Shown: piece after piece, positions 8,724 to 17,030 of the stretch
How the letters are laid out: every line of letters begins with the position of its first letter
How positions within the stretch are numbered: the first letter of the stretch is position 1
Origin: a virus
Taxonomy: Duplodnaviria; Caudoviricetes
IMG/VR virus record: IMGVR_UViG_3300035135_001460
Location: 1-45,523 of that record
Direction: 5' to 3' (one strand)
Length of the DNA: 45,523 bases
Notes under the pieces: generated by a model
What the model was told of the DNA's origin: nothing
Databases searched by the model: none
The model's input: only the letters and a program-made list of their open reading frames with translations
Position numbers and translations under genes: made by a program

Positions 8724-9437
8724 ATGTCATTACCTCAGATTAATACTCCCGTCCATGAATTGAAAATTCCATCTACAGGGAGAAAAGTAAAATACAGACC
8801 ATTCGTAGTCCGAGAAGAAAAGATTCTTCTCCTTGCATTGGAGTCTGAAAATCAGGAAGAAGTTACAGATGCTATTATCCAGATTATTGGTAATTGCATT
8901 CAAACAAAGATTGATTTAGATAGTCTCTCTACATTTGATGTTGAGTATATCTTCCTCAATGTTCGTGCCAAATCTGTTGGGGAAATCCTGGAATTCTCTA
9001 TCACATGTCCTGATGATGGTGAGACGCAGGCAGAGGTTGAAATCAATATTGATGATATTCAGGTAGTCAAGGATAAGGGTCACACTGATACCATTGATCT
9101 TGAGAATGGATATTTTGTTAAGATGAAATATCCTACCATGAAATATATCATGGAAAAGAAACCCGATGATAAGAAAAGTCTCATTGATAGTACATTTGAA
9201 TATGCTGTTGAATGTATTGACACTATCTACAATGATGAAGAGACATGGGAAGCAGCAGACTCTACAAAGAAAGAACTTGAAGAGTTTGTTGAACAGATGA
9301 ACTCTAAGCAGTATCAGAAACTTCAGTCGTTCTTTGCAACGATGCCTAAGTTATCTCATACAGTTAAGGTCACTAATCCTAAGACTGGTGTTAAGTCTGA
9401 TGTCACAATTGAGGGACTGGCAAATTTTTTCGCCTAG
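8724..9437 (+). CDS. gp26: Baseplate hub assembly protein gp26
   Basis: MSLP.I..P...L.IPSTG..VKYRPF.V.EEKILL.A, FDVEYIFL..RAKSVGE, FF.TMPKL, IEGLANFF. Confidence 0.92.
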   Translation: MSLPQINTPVHELKIPSTGRKVKYRPFVVREEKILLLALESENQEEVTDAIIQIIGNCIQTKIDLDSLSTFDVEYIFLNVRAKSVGEILEFSITCPDDGETQAEVEINIDDIQVVKDKGHTDTIDLENGYFVKMKYPTMKYIMEKKPDDKKSLIDSTFEYAVECIDTIYNDEETWEAADSTKKELEEFVEQMNSKQYQKLQSFFATMPKLSHTVKVTNPKTGVKSDVTIEGLANFFA

Positions 9438-9464
9438 CGGTTTTCCAGAATAATCTGGAGAACT
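9422..9464 (+). promoter_or_regulatory. Putative -1 programmed ribosomal frameshift signal
   Basis: In-frame slippery heptamers A-AAT-TTT (9422-9428) and T-TTT-TTC (9425-9431), 8-nt spacer, 10-bp hairpin GTTTTCCAGA-ATAA-TCTGGAGAAC (9440-9463). Confidence 0.65.
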
Positions 9465-9613
9465 ATTATCGCCTAAATTTCAATCTCATGCAACACCATA
9501 AATATAGCTTGACAGAGATTGAAAATATGATGCCGTGGGAGCGGGATGTTTATGTGAGTCTGTTAGTTGAATTCATTGAAAAAGAAAACGCACGCAGAGC
9601 CGCACAACAGTAA
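9428..9613 (+). CDS. gp51: Baseplate hub assembly catalyst gp51-like (-1 frame relative to gp26; not in ORF track)
   Basis: Hand translation FRLAVFQNNLENYYRLNFNLMQHHKYSLTEIENMMPWERDVYVSLLVEFIEKENARRAAQQ*; first ATG only at 9488; stop overlaps next ATG (TAATG). Confidence 0.85.
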   Translation, partial: FRLAVFQNNLENYYRLNFNLMQHHKYSLTEIENMMPWERDVYVSLLVEFIEKENARRAAQQ

Positions 9614-12096
9614 TGACGAGAAGATCACCCAGCGACCAAAATCAGACAGGGAAACCAGAACCTAAAACTCCCATGGGAGGAAACCAACAGGTTCCTCAGG
9701 CTGCTGGTAATCCTCGCTTTCGTAATCCTGGGTTGGATCCTAGTCCAGACCCTAAGATTGTTGTAAAGGCAATTAATCCTCCTGTTACTCCCGATCAAGT
9801 TGTTGGGATGGCAGAGATGCCTTCTGCTGCAACTCTGGATCTTCCTAAGATTCAGAATATCAAGATTCCTCCTGTAAAGAATAAGACCATTCAGGGTCAT
9901 CTGAAGGCGATTGAAGCTAAGATGACTGCGACTGAGAAGTTGATGAAGGATGTTGTCAAACTTCAGAAACTGCAGATTATTACGGAGAAAGAATTATTTG
10001 AGCGCAAGAGAGAGTTATATCAAAATACATTTGAAGAATATCTATTAGATAAGACTGTTGATTTTGAAAATCCTGATGATCCAGGTGGGGCAAATTCAAT
10101 TAAAAAGGGTCCTGGTGGATTTGGATTCCCATTTGGTGGTGGTCGTCGCCGCAAAAAAGGTCGCCCACCTGGCGGTGGTAGTGGTGCTGGTGCAGCAGCT
10201 ACTGCTGGTGCTGCTACAACTGCGGCAGAGAGAATGGCGGACGGGCAAGCTTCGGGATTGCCCAATCTAGGTACTGATTATAAGAAACAAGAACAGGACG
10301 CTATTAAAAAAGCTGAAGAGTTCCGAAGGCAGCAAGAACAAAAAACAGGTGTTCCTGCTAAAGGTAAACCTGTACCCGATCAGGATGAAGCTGAAGCAGT
10401 ACCAGAAACTCCTGTGCTTCCTGAACGAGCACCATTGAGGGTTCCGCCTGGACTTCCTATACTTGATCCTAAGTTTGTTCCTCCATTTGATATTCCTGAT
10501 GTTATTACACAAGCAGGAGTACCTCCAACTCCTCCAGTGGTGACAATTCCTGGTTATGATATGAGAGTTAAGACTCATCAGCAGGACTTAGCTGATGCTA
10601 TTGAGACTTACATTGAAAATAATCCTGGCAGTGAATTTGAAGTTAAACTTGGTCGTGGTGCCAGAGTTGATACTGGTCATTTAATCAAGAAAAAAGATGG
10701 AAAGATTTATATTCACGAACCTCTTACTCAAGAGCAATTAGTTTTAATAGGTGCTGGAAATTTCCTTAATTTGAGCGGTTGGATGCCAGTCGTTCCAAGA
10801 AAAACTGGGCGTCGTACTCCAACTGTTCCTGGTACTTCACTCCCTACAGTTACTCCTACAAGAAAAGCACCAACAGCAGCACCAGTTCCTGTACCTGGAA
10901 CAAATACTATTAGTCCTGGTCCTGGTAGAACACAACAACCAGCACAGCCACTATCACCTGTGACTGCTAGGGGTGCTGGTCTTGGTGGTAGTAAACAAAT
11001 CATGAAGCAGAGCAGACCTGTCAATTCTAAGGAAGCTCAAATGCAGGTTAATCGTGATATAATGGAAGCGGAAATGCTGGGGCAGGATCCTAGATTTGTA
11101 AAAATGTTGATGGACCAGGGATTTAATTTCTCTGCTGGTTCAAATGTAATGCCTCGGACTAGGAAAATGTTCCAGTCAAAGAGACAACCTGGAGTATCTT
11201 TTGAAACTAACATGAATCTCTCAGATTTTCTGGGAGCTGGTGGTGGTTTTGGTCCAAGACCATTATCAACAAAAGAAATATTACAGCAGATGAAACAATC
11301 TTCTTTTGATCAATATAGCAGTCCAATTGGTCCTATGCCAAAAGCATCTGGTGGTATTGGTGATATTGATTTGTATAGTAGTAAATCATTGAATTATTTC
11401 AGAGGAATGTCTAGTAAAATTATGCCGATGGCAGATGGTGGATTCATGGGTTGGTTTAACAAGGGCGTTAATACTCGTATTCCAAATGAAGCAAAGGCAA
11501 AATTTGGTAATCCATTCTCATATTTCCAGAAGAATCCAGACCCCACAACACTCTTTGGCGATGATGCTTTGCAGAGAGGTCAGAGTAATAAAAACTTTAA
11601 GGCAGGCAAGAAACCTTCTGTATTTGGAAGACCAGATAGAGCGTTTGGTCTTGATATAGTTGATTCAGTGAAGCAGAGAAGATTGGTGACAGTTCCAGCA
11701 TCTCAAGGTGGTCCTATGTCTGGTCCTACACCAATCACACGGGAAATAATTAAGAGACCAATTCGTGCTTCTGCACATCCACTTATTATGCTCGCAGAAA
11801 TGATTGTCAATGAATTGATTAATCCACAACCAACTGCAGTATATGATCAGGTTACTGGTCCTAATGCATATTATAATGCTCCTGGTTATAAGGGTCCGAT
11901 GCCATCACAGAATCTTGAGAATGCTCAGAGTAGCATGATGTCTGGTAGTGATCCAAAAGTTGAGATTAAACCATTGCCGCCTGATTATATTAAGATTCCT
12001 GCTAAGAAGAAGGCACCTGATTTTGTTGGCACTGAATCACCTGATATTGAGATGAGATCAAGTGTGTTTACTAGATCCTCAACACATATTGATTGA
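9613..12096 (+). CDS. Large Pro/Gly-rich virion protein, tape-measure-like (gp29 position)
   Basis: Directly follows gp26/gp51; coiled-coil segment near aa 95-145, ASGG/MADGG motifs, otherwise low complexity. Confidence 0.55.
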   Translation: MTRRSPSDQNQTGKPEPKTPMGGNQQVPQAAGNPRFRNPGLDPSPDPKIVVKAINPPVTPDQVVGMAEMPSAATLDLPKIQNIKIPPVKNKTIQGHLKAIEAKMTATEKLMKDVVKLQKLQIITEKELFERKRELYQNTFEEYLLDKTVDFENPDDPGGANSIKKGPGGFGFPFGGGRRRKKGRPPGGGSGAGAAATAGAATTAAERMADGQASGLPNLGTDYKKQEQDAIKKAEEFRRQQEQKTGVPAKGKPVPDQDEAEAVPETPVLPERAPLRVPPGLPILDPKFVPPFDIPDVITQAGVPPTPPVVTIPGYDMRVKTHQQDLADAIETYIENNPGSEFEVKLGRGARVDTGHLIKKKDGKIYIHEPLTQEQLVLIGAGNFLNLSGWMPVVPRKTGRRTPTVPGTSLPTVTPTRKAPTAAPVPVPGTNTISPGPGRTQQPAQPLSPVTARGAGLGGSKQIMKQSRPVNSKEAQMQVNRDIMEAEMLGQDPRFVKMLMDQGFNFSAGSNVMPRTRKMFQSKRQPGVSFETNMNLSDFLGAGGGFGPRPLSTKEILQQMKQSSFDQYSSPIGPMPKASGGIGDIDLYSSKSLNYFRGMSSKIMPMADGGFMGWFNKGVNTRIPNEAKAKFGNPFSYFQKNPDPTTLFGDDALQRGQSNKNFKAGKKPSVFGRPDRAFGLDIVDSVKQRRLVTVPASQGGPMSGPTPITREIIKRPIRASAHPLIMLAEMIVNELINPQPTAVYDQVTGPNAYYNAPGYKGPMPSQNLENAQSSMMSGSDPKVEIKPLPPDYIKIPAKKKAPDFVGTESPDIEMRSSVFTRSSTHID

Positions 12097-14072
12097 TGTT
12101 AAAAGCAAAGACTAAAATGATAGAGAGAGATTCGGAGGCATTTGCTTCCGAAGTCTTTGCTGTAGCTGATAATATTACACCGATTGCTATTGCTAGTGTT
12201 GATAGTATTCTTAAATTAGAAGATGTAGAAGATCTGCAGGTTGTTCCCGAGCAGAAAGTAAAGCAACTAATTGTAGAGAATAAGTCTACCAACCCGATGA
12301 GTAAATTCTTCATTAGGTTGGGAACTTATCTTGATTCAATGGAGAACTTCCTTTCTGAAATGCATTCAAATTATATGAAAGGAATTGAGCAGAAGAGATC
12401 TTTGCATGGACTTGAGGATAGTGATCAAAAGCAAAAAACTGCACGCGCTAAAAGAACTGCTAGAAAACTTGCTGTTAATAGAGCTATTGATTCTATTTTT
12501 GGTGGCACAAAGTCTGATTTATATGATATGCCTATTGGACTTATGGCAATGAACTTCCTTACTAGGGGATTTGAGGATAGAATTCAGAGACAGGCAGAAT
12601 CTATTGTAATTGTTCCATATCAACCAGTTGCTGGTCAACTTAAAGCGAAGGGTGAGACAGAAGATGAATTTGTTAGTGGTTATAAATTAACTTCTGCATA
12701 TGGTCATCGTTGGGGTAAAATGCACGGCGGTGTTGACATTGGTGTTCCTGTGGGAACAATGTTTGCACTTAAAAAGAAATCTATCGTCAAATTTGCTGGT
12801 TATCAGAATCCCGATGATCCATCAGTGGGATATGGATTACTTGTGGATTCTTGGGTGCCATCTTTAAATAAAATGTTTAGATTTGCTCACCTCAGTGAAG
12901 TTGGGGTGAAGGAAGGTGATACAGTTGATGCTGGTAAAGTATTAGGTAAGTCTGGCAATACTGGATTATCTACTGGTCCTCACTTTCACATTGAGGTTCA
13001 CCCTGAAGTCAGACCTAATTATGGCGGAGAGAATCCTATGCCATATATTGATTATGTGATTGCTGGTGAGGAGATGATGGAGCAGAAATCTGAGGGATCT
13101 ATTGAAAGAATTGGTAGAGTCATGGTCGGTGAAGCTGGTCCTGAATTTGTAATTCCAATGAGTCAGATGCCAATCTTTGCTCAACTTATGATGGAGGAGA
13201 AGATTAAATCTTTAAACCCTTTATATAATCCTCCTTTTGGTAGATTTGATAATCTTGGTGTTGAGAGACAAGCTGGATTTACTAATACTATGATGGCAGC
13301 GGGCGGTATTACTATCAATAGTAATCATAAAACTGCTGCTAAAAGACTTACAAGTTATTTTCCTACAGCAGAACCCATTCACATTGCTGCTGCTATGGGT
13401 AACTTTGAAACCGAAGCACCTGGACTAAAACCTAATACTTATCAGATGGGCAATGGTCCTGGTCGTGGTATTGCTCAGTGGGAAATAATCCATCCTGGAA
13501 ATCCTACTGGAAGATGGAACACTGCAGAGGAGAAGTATGGTCCTAATGTTATTAACAGTTTAGAAGATCAGTTGAGGTTCGTGAAGTGGGAGATGGATAC
13601 AGGGCACCAGATACCTGATGGTGAGGGTAGCACTAGACCTAACTTACCATATGGTAATGCTGCTAAGAGAGTATGGTTGGGGACTGAGAATATTGAAAAG
13701 GCAACTAAAGAATTTATGGAAGGTTATGAATCACCTTCTGTACCACATTGGACTCAGAGGTTGGCAAATGCTATGTTCTTCCTTGAACAAATGCCTAACA
13801 TGTTGGGTAAACCTAAAACTCCTCCTGTTCCTCCTACTGTGACTAATGATGAAGTTCAAAGACAGATTGAAAAGAATCTTCGTGATCGTAATACGATGAG
13901 TCCTGAAGATTTCTTTGGAACTAAACCAGTGTTCTCTTCTAGTTTAAATAGTATACCAGGCAATGAGCAAATGCAAATTGCTAATGAGACACAAGAGCAA
14001 TTCTCATTTGACAATGTTAAAGGTGAGATCGTCGCACTCTATCAACCAACAGTCTATTATACTGAGTCATGA
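12096..14072 (+). CDS. Tape-measure-like virion protein with M23 peptidase and phage tail lysozyme-like domains
   Basis: M23: HGGVDIG..FAHLS..V..GD.V..G..G.SGNTG.STGPHFHIEV; VGEAGPEFVIP motif; tail lysozyme-like: AAAMGNF..E..GRGIAQW..LEDQL.FV..EM..F..YE.P..R.ANA. Confidence 0.8.
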   Translation: MLKAKTKMIERDSEAFASEVFAVADNITPIAIASVDSILKLEDVEDLQVVPEQKVKQLIVENKSTNPMSKFFIRLGTYLDSMENFLSEMHSNYMKGIEQKRSLHGLEDSDQKQKTARAKRTARKLAVNRAIDSIFGGTKSDLYDMPIGLMAMNFLTRGFEDRIQRQAESIVIVPYQPVAGQLKAKGETEDEFVSGYKLTSAYGHRWGKMHGGVDIGVPVGTMFALKKKSIVKFAGYQNPDDPSVGYGLLVDSWVPSLNKMFRFAHLSEVGVKEGDTVDAGKVLGKSGNTGLSTGPHFHIEVHPEVRPNYGGENPMPYIDYVIAGEEMMEQKSEGSIERIGRVMVGEAGPEFVIPMSQMPIFAQLMMEEKIKSLNPLYNPPFGRFDNLGVERQAGFTNTMMAAGGITINSNHKTAAKRLTSYFPTAEPIHIAAAMGNFETEAPGLKPNTYQMGNGPGRGIAQWEIIHPGNPTGRWNTAEEKYGPNVINSLEDQLRFVKWEMDTGHQIPDGEGSTRPNLPYGNAAKRVWLGTENIEKATKEFMEGYESPSVPHWTQRLANAMFFLEQMPNMLGKPKTPPVPPTVTNDEVQRQIEKNLRDRNTMSPEDFFGTKPVFSSSLNSIPGNEQMQIANETQEQFSFDNVKGEIVALYQPTVYYTES

Positions 14073-15679
14073 TCAATCCTAAGTCTTTTATAGTTGGGTC
14101 GGGCAAAGCAGTCAAGATCAGAGCATTGACTAAGATGATTCCTGCTGCAAAAGTTAAGCAGGAGTTGAAGAATTTTGCTGCCATGTTTGTGCCAATTATT
14201 CCACCTTGGATGTTGGAATTTGAGCAGGACGAGAAGCATTATCTGGTGCCAAGAAATCAGATGGATGTATTGGTATCTGATGAAGATGTTGACGACTGGA
14301 ATTATCTGTTAGAGAGATTCAATAATCTTCTCGCGAATCTGACGAAGTTACTAAACAATGTCAGGAAGGTTGATTATCATAAGATCGTTTATAACAAATT
14401 ACTTGAGCGTGAGATTGAGAACAGAAAGATTAAACTCACTGAAAAATTATTAGAGAAGACTGAGGAGAAAGAAGAGGAAGCTAAAAGTAAACTTTCGCCA
14501 AATATTTCTGGTGAAGACTTAAATAATTTCTTAACTGTGTTAGCTGCTGCTGCAGCAGGTGCTACAGGTGCTGCTGATCCATTGGATGCAGCAGCAATAA
14601 AAGATGCTAAAGCATCTGGTGCAGATTTAGTTGCTGCTGCTCACCTTGCCACGCTTGAAGCTTCTGGGACACAGAATGTTGCAGATGTATTTCAAGTAAT
14701 TCTTAATAGATCAAAGAAGAGAAAGAAATCAATAGCTGAAGTAATTACTGCAAGAGAGCAGTTCTCACCATATTCTGCTGCAATCTATGGAACGAGTGCA
14801 GATACAAATGCTGCATATGTATACGGTGATCTAGGTGTTACTAAGAAAGAAATTTTTGAGATTGCTGCCAAACCAAATGGATTGCAGTTATTGGTTGAGA
14901 GATTTGGTAATGGTAATGCTGCTATTGCTCAAGAAGTGTTAGATGACTTCAAGAGTGAAGGACCACTCTCACAAGAAGCAGCAGAGTTTGTTGGTGGTGC
15001 TGAATACTTTATGGGATATGAGACAGGTGGATTGAATGAAAGGAAGAGGGGTCCTGGTGGTAATTTCTTTAGAGATGCATATGCTACTGGTGCTATTATT
15101 CTTCCACAATTATTTGACGTAAAGCATAACATATATTATAATGTCAACGATAAAACTGATGATCTTGCTCAGTTTATTATAGATAGACCTACGGTAGTTG
15201 ATATGCAAACAGTAGGTGAACCACTGATTGTTATTCCTACTGAACGACCCATCGGTCAGCAGATCTTGAATATCTTATTCAAACAACCTTTTAAGAAGGT
15301 TGAGATGATTTTTGAGAGAAGTAAAAAAGAACAACAGTCAAAGGCACAAACACCCATTCAAAATAATACTACTTCTATTACTAGATCACCCATTCCAACA
15401 TCTAGTAGACCTGAATCAAATTATCTCCAACGTAAACAGCAACAATCATCATTGTACGATGATATGAAGGTAGAATCTATCACAAGAGACACTTCTGTTG
15501 ATAGTATTCAAAATAGTCTCATGAAGATTGATACTAAGATCTCGGATCTTACTAGACGATCACAAACTACCACTCGCAGAACAATATCTAATATAGATAC
15601 TGTATCGCAAACCACTCAGAATGTTTTTGGTGCAAAAGTAATTTTAATGACACAAGACATCTACGCAACAGAGGAATAA
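14069..15679 (+). CDS. Tape-measure-like virion protein with SleB/Hydrolase_2-like cell-wall hydrolase domain
   Basis: N-terminal coiled coil; LATLEAS..VADVFQVILNR..IAEVITAREQFSPY resembles the SleB catalytic region. Confidence 0.65.
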   Translation: MINPKSFIVGSGKAVKIRALTKMIPAAKVKQELKNFAAMFVPIIPPWMLEFEQDEKHYLVPRNQMDVLVSDEDVDDWNYLLERFNNLLANLTKLLNNVRKVDYHKIVYNKLLEREIENRKIKLTEKLLEKTEEKEEEAKSKLSPNISGEDLNNFLTVLAAAAAGATGAADPLDAAAIKDAKASGADLVAAAHLATLEASGTQNVADVFQVILNRSKKRKKSIAEVITAREQFSPYSAAIYGTSADTNAAYVYGDLGVTKKEIFEIAAKPNGLQLLVERFGNGNAAIAQEVLDDFKSEGPLSQEAAEFVGGAEYFMGYETGGLNERKRGPGGNFFRDAYATGAIILPQLFDVKHNIYYNVNDKTDDLAQFIIDRPTVVDMQTVGEPLIVIPTERPIGQQILNILFKQPFKKVEMIFERSKKEQQSKAQTPIQNNTTSITRSPIPTSSRPESNYLQRKQQQSSLYDDMKVESITRDTSVDSIQNSLMKIDTKISDLTRRSQTTTRRTISNIDTVSQTTQNVFGAKVILMTQDIYATEE

Positions 15680-15680
15680 T

Positions 15681-17030
15681 ATGTCAGTCACTGATACAAT
15701 CGTAAAGGCAACCGTATTTGATATCCCCAGTGCAACTAAATTAGTTGATCTTAAACCAGAGGGAGATGGTATTCTTTTCCCTGAGGTAATTTCATTTAAT
15801 TATTATGAAGCAGTATTGGAAGATTTTATCACTGCTGACCTTACTATTTTAGATTCTTCTGGACTGGTTGATGAATCATTTGATAAGTGTGGTGTACGTC
15901 AATTTTGTCCTGTAACGATTGAGCTTTCTGATCCTAGTAAAGGAACTGACTGGGAGAAAGATCGCACTGATTTTGAATTCACTGGTGATAATTGTTTCTA
16001 TGTTAATAGAGTTATTAATCAAGTAGTCAAAGGAAAGAAAAAGCAATATACATTAGAACTCATCAATAGAGATGCTATTGTAGCATTATCCAAAAATGTC
16101 AAGAGTTCTTGGCCGCCCGATAGTTCAACGAAGGTTGATTATAATACTATTGTAGATGACTTACTTGGTAGATATGTAAGCACCGCTAAAAATAAGGCAC
16201 CTGTTATGGAAGAAATGACAGAATCTATTCCTAAGTTACAGGGACATAATTTTAAGGTCTATGAACTCCTTAATTCCATGTGTAAATATGCCACACCAAA
16301 AGGAACTGATGGATCTGGTGGAGAAGAGACTAGACCTGCTGGGTATGTATTTTATGAGACATATGACGAATATAGATTTGATTCAATTCATAAGTTGATG
16401 ACAGAACCTTATAAATTAGTTTCTGGTTATAAGGTTATGCCTGTTAATGATAATGCAACTGGTCCTGAACAAGCATCACAAACTATTCTAAGCTATAAGT
16501 TTTATGATGGTGCTACACAGAGTAGTTTACTAGAAGAGATTGCTGCAAAGAAGCGTGGCAAACCTAAAACTCAGGTTCTTGATGTTCAAAGAGATACATT
16601 TCCTCTCATTGAAAAATTACCACCCAAAACTGTTGAAGATAAATGTTTGAAATCTCCATCTGATGGCGAGTTCACCACGATAAAATATCTTGAGCAAACT
16701 CAATACTCTATTGAATATTATAATACATGTAAAGGCGATGCGTTAGACAATGAACCACCCAATCCAGAACTAACAGCTTTGAATTATGGTGCTATGTTGG
16801 ATATGTTAAAAACTAAAACATCTACAATTAGAGTTCCTGGTAATTTATCTTTATCTGCTGGTGATCATATTGAACTTGATTTCCCTCTAATCAAGGGAGA
16901 TTCTGGAAAGGCTGCAGAGGCAAGTGATAAATACTCAGGAGCATATTTGATCACTAAAATCAACCATAGAGTTGAAGATATTACTCATTTATATACCCAC
17001 ATGGAAATTTGTAAGCTAGTAGAGTCCTGA
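15681..17030 (+). CDS. Baseplate hub protein, gp27-like
   Basis: YVFYET...YRF.SI and C-terminal I.VPGN..L.AGD.I....KYSG.YLITKINH; immediately upstream of gp5-like gene. Confidence 0.65.
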   Translation: MSVTDTIVKATVFDIPSATKLVDLKPEGDGILFPEVISFNYYEAVLEDFITADLTILDSSGLVDESFDKCGVRQFCPVTIELSDPSKGTDWEKDRTDFEFTGDNCFYVNRVINQVVKGKKKQYTLELINRDAIVALSKNVKSSWPPDSSTKVDYNTIVDDLLGRYVSTAKNKAPVMEEMTESIPKLQGHNFKVYELLNSMCKYATPKGTDGSGGEETRPAGYVFYETYDEYRFDSIHKLMTEPYKLVSGYKVMPVNDNATGPEQASQTILSYKFYDGATQSSLLEEIAAKKRGKPKTQVLDVQRDTFPLIEKLPPKTVEDKCLKSPSDGEFTTIKYLEQTQYSIEYYNTCKGDALDNEPPNPELTALNYGAMLDMLKTKTSTIRVPGNLSLSAGDHIELDFPLIKGDSGKAAEASDKYSGAYLITKINHRVEDITHLYTHMEICKLVES

